Part shown: piece after piece, positions 34,511-44,027 of the stretch
Layout of the letters: every line of letters starts with the position of its first letter
How positions within the stretch are numbered: position 1 is the stretch's first letter
Source: Cyanophora paradoxa CCMP329
Taxonomy: Eukaryota; Plantae; Glaucophyta
Direction of reading: 5' to 3'
NCBI GenBank assembly: GCA_004431415.1
Contig: QPMI01000682.1
Span: forward strand, 62,001-126,000
DNA: 64,000 nucleotides
Made by a program: the position numbers and the translations under genes
Notes under the pieces: generated by a model
Database searches by the model: none
What the model saw: the letters and a program-made list of their open reading frames with translations, nothing else
What the model was told of the DNA's origin: nothing

Positions 34511-37500
34511 ATGAGTTTCAATTACCCAGCAAACCTACAAACCATTCCCTCATCAGGAAGAGGGAAGGCAGATAACAAACATGTGAATTTCGATAACTTG
34601 ACAGCCAGAGGGTCAATCTCAATTGATCACAGTGCAGATGAACCCTCAAAGACTCACCCAAGAGAGCATGCACTTTCAATAAACGAAATGGATCCCGAAA
34701 AGGAAGATGTGAGTGTTGCTTTCAGCATGGGAAATGTGAAATCGAATCAGGTAGCCCAGATTAAAGCAACCAGGAGCAGACCAAGAAAACTGAAAACCAG
34801 TGGAACCCACCCAGATATTCCAACTCGATTCGATAGTGGTAGGTTAATATTCAATGTTCAAAATGAGAAGGGTGGGCATCAGAGTGGTTTAAGAATCTAT
34901 AATGAAGGATCAAATGCAATTGCACAAATTCCCGAAATATTACAGATAGCCCCCCATGGAGAAACCAACAAAATCGAGTTCACTAACAATGTTTATCCAC
35001 GAGATATTGTGGCGAATTCGGCTTCTAATGCGCAATTCGGTTTCCAACTACCTGGTGATACAGCAAAGAATAAGGCGTCTATCACTGTCAACAGTAGCCC
35101 CACTCAACCAGTAACAGTTCATTTACACCCAGACCTTGTCGAAATGGATAGGCACCTTTTACCTTTGGTGACAAACACCAAAGATCTTGGTATTAGAACC
35201 AGACAATGGCGAAATATCCATGGAAGCAATGTCTATGCAAATGGAGAGAAACTTGTTAGTGAGAAGACCATCAGAGAGATCTTTGAATATTATGGACCTG
35301 TCCCAGTTCCCTTCCCACTACCATGGGATCCACCAGATTTAACACCGAAAAAGCAACCAGGCAGAGAGTACACAGCAGATGAGACAGTTCCTTTTGGTCA
35401 ACACATTGTGAGTTGGGAGCAGGTTCGAAATAAACCTATAATTGAACCAAGAAAGCAAATTGATGAGCAATATTTACCTCCTGAAATTGATATTTTGGAG
35501 CTTGACGAATACCAATTCGTTCCAGATGAGGAGGAATACCTACCTGATGGTTTCGACCCACAAGAGTATGAATATGATCAATATGATCCCAATGAGGAAG
35601 AGTATTTACCAGATGGTTTAGATCCACAAGAGTATGAATATGAGCAGAATTATGAACCCCATGAGGAATATTTAGCAGATGGTCTCGAACCACCAGTTGT
35701 TGATTATGAGCAACCATATGAACCCCATGAAGAATTATTACCAGATGGATTTCGCCCAGAGATTTGGGAGTTCTTCCCAGATTGGGAGCAGATCAATAAC
35801 AAACCAGCAAGATTTCCACCAGAGGATCACAACCATGACTGGGATGAGATATTAGGTAAACCAGAGAAATTCCCACCAGAGGATCACAGGCATGACTGGG
35901 GTGATCTGGATGGGATACCAGATAAGTTTGCAGCAAGCAACCATGAACACACCTGGGATGAGATCAATGACCAACCAGAATTCGCAAAAGTAGAGCCTCT
36001 TGCTACTCTGGGAGTTTCTCTTTACCAGACTTGCAATGTCCCTGAAAGGATCTTTTTGAATCACCACTATGTTCATGTGGAAGGGACACTTGCAAATTCA
36101 GCTATGATAGGACCATTGCATATTAGAACATTACCAGGCTCTTATAATCCACCACCAGAACCAGGAGCAACCATACCAAATATCTTTGTGTCAAGCTACA
36201 TGGAGGTTGACATACCCACAGATACTTTTAGAGTTCCAACAGACCCAGCAACCTACCAAAATTACAATGCAGCTATACAGGTTCATGTTGCAGATGTGAG
36301 CAGTCTGGATGGATCAAGACCAATGATAGTTTTCAGTCGAGATAAATACTCCTACATTCCATAGTGGGAACTGCAAATGATAATTATGGAAGGGCAGAAC
36401 TTGCATGGATAAAAACGAATTATGGTGGGGTTCTGGAAGCTAATCAAAGAATGGCTGCAAAAAATATTCACAATGAAACTATATCAAGAGTGGTTACAGA
36501 AGATTACCTGCAAGCCCAAAACTACATAGATGAAACCGAACTGAATACAATCATTGCAGGTATAAACATTGGTGTAACAGGTGATTACCTTCCTCTTACA
36601 GGTGGGACTATTGATGGAACAGTTACAGCATGCAACTTCTTTGTTCACACTGAAAGCAATCAAACATTCCCAGTTGTACATCCAGGAGGTGAGTATGAGA
36701 TACCTGATGATCCAGCTATCATGCCCATTAAGATTGACCTCCCTTCTGATTATGTTGGAAGGGGTGAACTGAAAATCATATCTTTCACAGGAGATTATAA
36801 TGATCTCATTAATAAACCCACCCCATCTAATCTACACCCTGTTGCATATTCAGGTAGCTTCCTTGATCTGAATAATCGAGCACATACCCACACAAGAGCA
36901 GAGATCACAGATTTCGCACACACTCACACAAAATCCCAGATAACAGATTTTGCACACACCCACACAAGAGCAGATATTACGAATTTCGCTCACACTCATT
37001 TTAAATCTGAAATCACAGATTTCGCACACACTCACACAAAGTCACAGATTACAGATTTTGCACACACTCATGTCAAGAGTGAGATTACAGATTTTGCACA
37101 CACTCATGTCAAGAGTGAGATTACAGATTTTGCTCACACTCATGTCAAAGCAGATATTACAGATTTTGCACATACTCATGATTGGAATACAGATATCTAT
37201 AACAAACCCGCTTTATTTTCGGGCAACTACAATGACCTGACCAATAAACCCACCCTCGATCCCTTTACAGCAAATAATATCACTGCAAATGCAAACCTTC
37301 TCATTGGATCAGGTTACTTTCTCGATTATGACCCATATATTATGCCTGATCCTCCTGTTATTTGGAATTTCCACAATTCAACCCTTTCTACTAACTCTAT
37401 ATCTTACTATCAGGATAAAACCCTACTTGTTCGTGGAAATGCATATGCAAGAGAAATGTGGGTCATGGATCCTCGGACAATTCAAAGGTTACTAAGCTGG

Positions 37501-37819
37501 CTCCTCAATACATGCTTGATAACCTGATTAGAAAAGGGAGACATGAAATGACAATTGCGAATCCTCAAATTGGGGCAGTTCAGCAAGGCAAAACCATAGC
37601 ATTACATTAAATTGGAGTCCTGCCTTTGCATCTGCTCCATCTGTTGTTGTAACATTGCAGGGACTACCTGCAACAAATGTGGAAATCGATTATAAAATAG
37701 GAATATCAAGCAACTCAACAACCTCTACCACAATCAATCTTGTTATTTGGGCAGCAGGATGGGTAACCATTCAACCACAGTGGCTTCAAATTGCAATCCA
37801 TTGGATAGCATCAGCATAA
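34511..37819 (+). pseudogene. Large fibre protein of A (acidic repeats, HxH repeats, one fibre module, tail repeats, H-type-lectin/gp53-like tip), frameshifted
   Basis: ORFs 34511..36364 and 36364..37527 join via one C missing relative to D. Contains YLPLTGG, FSGNYNDLTNKP and HTHxKSEITDF. The tip AFASAPSVVVT...IHWIASA ends at 37819. Confidence 0.75.
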
Positions 37820-37844
37820 TAAAGATTCTCACACTATTACAAAG

Positions 37845-38915
37845 ATGACCTCTCTATTAGAAATCCCAAACTATGAACTTGCAGCCAAATCACTACACAG
37901 CACCTCTCATGGAGTAGTTGATTCAACCCCTGGGTATATTTGCACTGAAACCACAAGCAATACCTCTTTCACAGAGAATACTATACTCAGATTCAAAGAA
38001 ATTCGATGTGATCGCAATAATGGTAAGATTAGAACCACAGGCATTATAATCTCGAATAAAAACCAAGTTCAAGCAGGTCAAGTAGTCCCAGATTCAGCAA
38101 TATATGATAATGTAGGTGGATTTACCACAGCTCAGATAGTTACTTTTGGTAACACAAGTAATAATTCCGCTCTTGTGGTGAAGAGTGGTGGTGCCTACAT
38201 TGGAGATGGAGCAAATGTAGCAGGAACTGTTACAGCAAACCAATTAAATGTGAGTGGGACAAGTGTATTCACAGGATTGATGAACTTTAATGGTGGTCTC
38301 TCAGGCAACTTTCAGTATCAAACTATCACAGCTACTACAAGAATAAACACACCTGAGACAGATAATGGGACAGACGCAAATGTGAACTACAAACGAAATG
38401 GAAATACAGTATTTTCTCTTGGAAAGACAACTCAAACAGATAATACAACTGTTCAGCTCCTTACACTTCCGACAGACAAGTATCTCAAATTAAGTAGTCA
38501 TCCTCGTTTCTTTGCAACAAAACAAGCGCCCAATACTTCAAAAGATACAAACTTCGCTGCAAGTGGAACAACTTTGTTCTCATCAACAGGAGTCATAGTC
38601 AACCATGGAAATAATTTCGATCCTGCAACAGGAAGTTTTACTGCACCTGTTTCTGGAAACTACCTCGTATTTTTCCATGCGTCTGGTTACAATTCTGCTA
38701 AGAGCAATACTTATTTGACCTCTTTGCTTAAAAATGGGACAACATTCGGAATTAACTCTAACTCTCAAAATGCAACAGGAAATGCAACTGTTGGTTTTGA
38801 TATTATTGTGAACCTTGTAGCTAATGATTCGATCAGGCTGGTCAATTCAGGAGATGCTGGTGTAAACTACAATATCAGATACTTTTTTGGATGTATCCTT
38901 GTCCATTCATCATAA
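37845..38915 (+). CDS. Shared-N-domain protein with C-terminal C1q/TNF-like head
   Basis: FDPATGSFTAPVSGNYLVFF...VNLVANDSIRL...FFGCIL. Confidence 0.8.
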   Translation: MTSLLEIPNYELAAKSLHSTSHGVVDSTPGYICTETTSNTSFTENTILRFKEIRCDRNNGKIRTTGIIISNKNQVQAGQVVPDSAIYDNVGGFTTAQIVTFGNTSNNSALVVKSGGAYIGDGANVAGTVTANQLNVSGTSVFTGLMNFNGGLSGNFQYQTITATTRINTPETDNGTDANVNYKRNGNTVFSLGKTTQTDNTTVQLLTLPTDKYLKLSSHPRFFATKQAPNTSKDTNFAASGTTLFSSTGVIVNHGNNFDPATGSFTAPVSGNYLVFFHASGYNSAKSNTYLTSLLKNGTTFGINSNSQNATGNATVGFDIIVNLVANDSIRLVNSGDAGVNYNIRYFFGCILVHSS

Positions 38916-38937
38916 TATTATCCACATAATGTAAAGT

Positions 38938-39957
38938 ATGACCACTCAAATAGCTGTCCCTGTTTTCTGTTATGCAGCGCCAAAATTGCATCAACTAAAC
39001 CATACAGTAACAGATGCTACCCCAGGTTTCATTTGCACAGAGACCATAGGAGCCGATTCATTCTCTCAACATTCTGTGATCAGATGCAAAGAAATTCGAT
39101 GTGATCGAAATGGAGGGAGGGTGAGAACCACAGGTTTAATAGTTTCAAACAAGAACCAAGTTCAATCAGGTCAGATTGTATCAGATTCAGCAATTTATGA
39201 TGATGTGGGAGGGTTCACCACACCAAAGATTGTTACTTTTGACAACACCGTCAATAACTCAGCTCTTGTAGTAAAAAGTGGAGGCGCTTATATTGGAGAT
39301 GGGGCAATGATTGATGGAACCCTTACAACAAATCAAGTAAACATTACAGGAACAAGCACATTTACAGGTTTGGTTACAGCAAATGCTGGTATAAGTATTC
39401 CTAACTACACACAATCAATAATCACAGCATCTACTAAGGTTGTCTCTCCTGAAATTGATACAGGAGCCGATGTCAATTTTTTGTTAAAAAGAAATAGTAA
39501 CACTGTTGCTACTCTTGAAGCCGATAGTTTGACAGTAAATGCAGGATGCTATCTCAAAACATCACACCCACGATTTTCAGTTCAACTTGGATATGCTCAC
39601 ACTGCTACTTCTGCTGCTGCTCTGATAAACTGGGCAACAGTTCGGGTTAACAATACCAATGCATTTAGCACATCAACAGGAAGATTTACAGCACCTGTTG
39701 CAGGACACTATCGATTTTCAGTGTTCTCTTTTTCGACCACATCAGCTACTATCGAATTATTTATAAAAGTGAATGATGCAGATCCTGGGGGTTTAAGCAT
39801 TTCCCAAATCCACAGCAGCACACACACCAATAAAGCATTGTGTTTCTCTTGCATTCTAAATCTTGCTCAAAATGAGTATGTGACACTGGTCACAAGCGCT
39901 TCTGGTTCATATTCAAGTATAACAGGTTTTTCGGGTGAATTGATTAGCATCGTTTAA
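38938..39957 (+). CDS. Second shared-N-domain protein with C1q/TNF-like head
   Basis: FSTSTGRFTAPVAGHYRF...LNLAQNEYV...FSGELI. Confidence 0.8.
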   Translation: MTTQIAVPVFCYAAPKLHQLNHTVTDATPGFICTETIGADSFSQHSVIRCKEIRCDRNGGRVRTTGLIVSNKNQVQSGQIVSDSAIYDDVGGFTTPKIVTFDNTVNNSALVVKSGGAYIGDGAMIDGTLTTNQVNITGTSTFTGLVTANAGISIPNYTQSIITASTKVVSPEIDTGADVNFLLKRNSNTVATLEADSLTVNAGCYLKTSHPRFSVQLGYAHTATSAAALINWATVRVNNTNAFSTSTGRFTAPVAGHYRFSVFSFSTTSATIELFIKVNDADPGGLSISQIHSSTHTNKALCFSCILNLAQNEYVTLVTSASGSYSSITGFSGELISIV

Positions 39958-39979
39958 TTTTCTTGTAGTAGATTAAGGA

Positions 39980-40243
39980 ATGTCGAATATCTACCAAGTC
40001 ATTCTCTCAGATACTGAAAATTTGGGAATGGAATATTGCTCTGCTTCTGTTCAGGATTGGATTGATAATGCTGCCCACAACAGAGCAAGAATTGCAATTG
40101 ATGAGATTGTTCAGAAAGAGATTCAATCTTGCATCTCAGGTGCAGTTCAGATACCAACCTCAAAGGAAGCCATTGTATTACAGGCATTCCAAAGGGGAAC
40201 TGTTAAACGCGCTATTGAGTATAACAATGTCACAGAAGAGTAG
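39980..40243 (+). CDS. Conserved 87-aa protein following the C1q genes (possible fibre assembly partner)
   Basis: Highly similar to 59616..59879; QDWIDNAAHNRARIAIDEIV. Confidence 0.65.
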   Translation: MSNIYQVILSDTENLGMEYCSASVQDWIDNAAHNRARIAIDEIVQKEIQSCISGAVQIPTSKEAIVLQAFQRGTVKRAIEYNNVTEE

Positions 40244-40281
40244 TGAACATTATTTTTCTTTCCTTCTTAGTAAAAGAAGCA

Positions 40282-41136
40282 ATGGGTGAATATAATCGAG
40301 TTCAACTTCCCATATATTCCCTTGGATCCCCAGCAATGCACTTTCGCCAGCATGAAGTGAATGATGAAGTTCGTGGTTTAGAATCCACAGAGAGACCCAA
40401 TTCCAATGGTAACTCCTTTGATAAAAATTCGATTATTCGAGTTAAAGAACTGAGAGCTGATAAGAATTCTGGTGTAGTCAAAACCACTCGACTCCTTGTC
40501 TCAAATGCGAATTTCTTCCAACCTACTAATGGAGGTCCTGATGCTTACAGTGTTGATCTGAAAGCCCTCGATTTCGATAAAAACACTGCTGCTGTAACTG
40601 TGAGATCAGGAGGAGCATTTATTGGGGGTGGCTGTCGAATTTCAGGTCAACTTTCATCCTCAATTTCGTATAATGATGTCCCGGATACTCTTGAACAAAA
40701 TGTAGAGAATCCCCAACGAATACGTTTCTATACACCAGTTGCACAGCAACCTTTTCTACATTTCTATGTTGCTTCCTCTGTCACTCTTGAAAATTCGGAA
40801 TTGGTTATTATAACAGGAACTGATCGAGTAAGAAGAAATATTCCGCTTCCCACAGCAATGCTATCTATGTGCAGAGCAAACAACAATCAAACAGGTCATA
40901 ATTAGCTATTCTTTGTTCAAGCATCAAACCATTTCGGTCGAGGATATTGTGTTTATAACAATTTGACATTTACCTATGATTTGTTTGTAACTGAGGTTGG
41001 AGTTTACAATACTATGATTATGGGACTGAGGACAGATATAGCAGCTGTTTCGGCACTTCGAGGGGTAAACGTTGCAGATATCTTCACAACAGGGTTTTAC
41101 CAGGAACCAGATGTGATTGATGACCCAACCCCATAA
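40282..41136 (+). pseudogene. MGEYNR paralogue of A, frameshifted near 40900
   Basis: Colinear with the intact 59918..60763, ending EPDVIDDPTP. Confidence 0.75.
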
Positions 41137-41159
41137 ATTATATATCACTTTAATGTAAA

Positions 41160-41990
41160 ATGGCTGCCCCAATACCAGAACGAATTATTACACCCCAACT
41201 ATCATTAGCAGCACCTGCGAATCACGTTTTGCAGCATGCTACCTTTGATGATGTAGAAGGTCTCCAATCGACAGAAGTACAACCTACCATGAATACATTC
41301 GGTTCCACCCATAAACTGAGATTGCAGGAACTCAGATGTGATAAAAATAATGGTATAGTTAAGACAACGAAACTCCTTGTCACCAATGCAAACTTTTCTG
41401 CCCATTATGGAGACCCAGACAGTTATGGTGATCCTCTTTCTACTTACTCTTTTGAATCTCGGTCGGGAGCTATTAACTGCAAAACGGGGGGAGCATATAT
41501 TGGTGATGGTCTTCGGATTGGTGGAGCTGTTGGTGCACCTCTTTTCGTAAATGATCAACCCAATCCCATTGATCCCAACACCAGAATTCGCACCTATGTC
41601 CCCAGTATGAATGCACCATATATTATCAAGATCTTCCCAATTGTTGTGAATGAGCAGACATCAGTAGTTGATTCTCTTGTTGAGATTGGTGACCACTACA
41701 AGGTGGTTGTCGATATTCCACCAGATGTTTATGCTGTCTGTCAAGTAGAGGGTGGAACCCCAAATATTGCAGTTGTGATCACGCCATATGACAATTTCGG
41801 AATTGCTTATCATGGAGTGAATTTCGGTCTTGAAGATTACCAGTTTTTGGTGAGAGCCACCAGGTTTGGTATCTACAAATGCATTCTCTATGCTGAGAGA
41901 ACCGATGCTATTGCAAAACAGAATACATATGCAGAATATTACGGCACAAATCGCTACTTCCCCATTTTCGGGCAGGATACTGCTCCATAG
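41160..41990 (+). CDS. ERIITPQL paralogue of A
   Basis: Near-identical protein to 60787..61620. Confidence 0.8.
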   Translation: MAAPIPERIITPQLSLAAPANHVLQHATFDDVEGLQSTEVQPTMNTFGSTHKLRLQELRCDKNNGIVKTTKLLVTNANFSAHYGDPDSYGDPLSTYSFESRSGAINCKTGGAYIGDGLRIGGAVGAPLFVNDQPNPIDPNTRIRTYVPSMNAPYIIKIFPIVVNEQTSVVDSLVEIGDHYKVVVDIPPDVYAVCQVEGGTPNIAVVITPYDNFGIAYHGVNFGLEDYQFLVRATRFGIYKCILYAERTDAIAKQNTYAEYYGTNRYFPIFGQDTAP

Positions 41991-42017
41991 AAATCTCAGG
42001 TATATATAGAGAGAGGG

Positions 42018-42290
42018 ATGGATGATAAAACAAAGAAATTCATAGAATCTGCAATGATGGTTCATGGTGATGCTAAATTCGATTATAGTGAGACAGTCTA
42101 TAAGAAAGCACAAGAGAAGGTCTCTGTTAGATGCCTTAAATGCAACAAGATCCTGCAAACCTACCCGTTTAATCATGTAAGGGGAAGTGGATGCAGAGAG
42201 TGCAACAAGAAATCCTCTCATGCATATAGAAAAAAGACGACATCAGGAATTGTGATAGATGATAAACCAGTGGTACTGTACTTTGATTAG
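42018..42290 (+). CDS. DUF723-like Zn-ribbon protein
   Basis: VHGD.KFDYSET.Y...CxxC...GSGCxxC. Confidence 0.7.
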   Translation: MDDKTKKFIESAMMVHGDAKFDYSETVYKKAQEKVSVRCLKCNKILQTYPFNHVRGSGCRECNKKSSHAYRKKTTSGIVIDDKPVVLYFD

Positions 42291-42436
42291 ATCTTTGAGA
42301 GAGAGATGAGGATCTTGCCCCATTTTCCCTTTGTGATTATGCATGTATCAAAACAGTTTGGACAGGTCTTATGGTAATGCAGCAGGATGATATCCACCAA
42401 CTCATAAGGTAGCACTCTTGCTAAGATGGTTCGCAT
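42287..42436 (-). CDS. 49-aa micro-protein with an F-box-like start (below the ORF-track cutoff)
   Basis: Manual translation: MRTILARVLPYELVDIILLHYHKTCPNCFDTCIITKGKWGKILISLSKI. An internally deleted homologue lies in C at ~9805-9917. Confidence 0.45.
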   Translation of the reverse strand: MRTILARVLPYELVDIILLHYHKTCPNCFDTCIITKGKWGKILISLSKI

Positions 42437-42476
42437 TCTACCAATCGCGTTTTTAATTTTTCTAAATTATTCATAA

Positions 42477-42878
42477 ATGAATACTCATCGAGGTTTCCAT
42501 GTGATGCTGGATTACAAATTCAGAACCCAATTAGCAGTAGGAGTGGAAAACTTGGAGACAACAACCCGGTGGTTAATGCAGTTCTTACAAACTATTATTC
42601 AAGAGCAAGGTATTCGAGTAGTTCACAAGCATTGCGAGATTTTCGATGGTGGTATTTCTCCTCCTGGTTTTGCAATGGTTCTTCTGCTGGATGAGAGCCA
42701 TTGCACTGCTCATTGTTACTCAAATGAAGGTATGTTGGCGATTGATATATTCAGTTGTGGTTTAGAAGCAGAGAGAAAAACCACGAGAGTATCTCATGAG
42801 ATAGATGAGAGAATAACAGGTGTGTTTTCAGGGTTGGAGAAATCGGAGAAACATAGAGTATTGCGATTTCCGAGTTAG
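42477..42878 (+). CDS. speD: S-adenosylmethionine decarboxylase proenzyme (prokaryotic class 1), intact
   Basis: G.HV.LD, F....PPG....LL.ESH...H.Y...G..A.D.F.CG, with the E-S self-cleavage site. Confidence 0.88.
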   Translation: MNTHRGFHVMLDYKFRTQLAVGVENLETTTRWLMQFLQTIIQEQGIRVVHKHCEIFDGGISPPGFAMVLLLDESHCTAHCYSNEGMLAIDIFSCGLEAERKTTRVSHEIDERITGVFSGLEKSEKHRVLRFPS

Positions 42879-44020
42879 TTGACACTGAGAAATTCAGAAT
42901 TTCAGATGGTCTTACTGAAAATGGTGTAGTAGGCACTTTAAAAATCGAAGTAGGCACTTTTTAATTGAAGTTAGGCACTTTTAATTGACGTTAGGCACTT
43001 AGGCACCTTTTCTGGAAATTCTCTATAAAAAATAAAATCAACGTTTTGAAAAACACAAGTTGATGTATTTGGGACTTCTTTTTAATTCTCGATTAAGAAG
43101 TGCCTAACCGCCTAAACCGCCTACCAAAGATGCCTACTTCGATTGATCGATCGGAGACCATGCAACTCTGTGACAATTTTTCGAAGAGAAAATGCCCATC
43201 CCCAATCTTCTCAATTGTTCAATTGGAGACCATTCAACTCTGTGACACTTTTTCGGTGCAAAAATGTACATCCACAATCTCATCGATTGTTTAATTGGAC
43301 ATAATGCAGTACCGATATATTCCAATAGAAAATCTCGCAATCTAATCGATTGTTTAATTGGAGATAATGCAACTCTGTGACACTTTTTCGGTGCAAAAAT
43401 GTACATCAGCAATCTCATCGATTGTTCAATTGGACATAATGCAGTACCGATATATTCCAATAGAAAATCTCGCAATCTAATCGATTGTTTAATTGGAGAT
43501 AATGCAACTCTGTGACACTTTTTCGGTGCAAATATGTACATCAGCAATCTCATCGATTGTTCAATTGGACACAATGCAACTCTGTGACACTTTTTGCGTT
43601 TTTTGATACAGAATGGGCGGTGGTCTTCTTCAATACCGATGAGATATATCGAGTTTATGCGAATTTATGCGAATTTATGCGAATTAATCGCGATTATATC
43701 GTTCTTTAAGTAGTTTAATGTTAATCAATCGAAGTTATATATGTAATCGACAAAGAACATAATCTATCGATATAATATCGATTGCATCTATCGAAGTTTA
43801 ATCGAAAATATGCATTTTGATTAACGCGTTTCCATTTTTTATACAAAGTTTGCATTATTTTATACAAAGTTTGCATAAAAAGTTTAAGAAATTAATCGAA
43901 AAATATGTATTTTAGTATTAAATTAACACATATTGAAAAACGAATTTAAATCCAGAGTGAATCGAGATCGCGAAGCGATCGAGATGAACGAGGGATTTAA
44001 ATTCGTTTTTCAATATGTGT
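42783..44020. repeat. Right terminal inverted repeat of A (includes the 3' end of speD, iteron cassette 42930-43137, 132-bp repeats and terminal hairpin 43926-44020)
   Basis: Reverse complement of 17227-18464. Confidence 0.95.
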
Positions 44021-44027
44021 AATGGTT

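Larger units (their letters stand above)
17227..44020 (+). mobile_element. Element A: complete 26,794-bp endogenous Polinton-like virus with 1238-bp TIRs and 6-bp TSD AATGGT
   Basis: AATGGT at 17221-17226 and 44021-44026; termini ACAC...GTGT; inverted repeats 17227-18464 and 42783-44020; encodes rve integrase, pPolB, ATPase and capsid proteins. Confidence 0.95.

Noticed and set aside
37845-39957. Diversity-generating retroelement acting on the C1q heads
   Set aside because: No reverse transcriptase in element A and no template/variable repeat pair with adenine-specific differences was seen.
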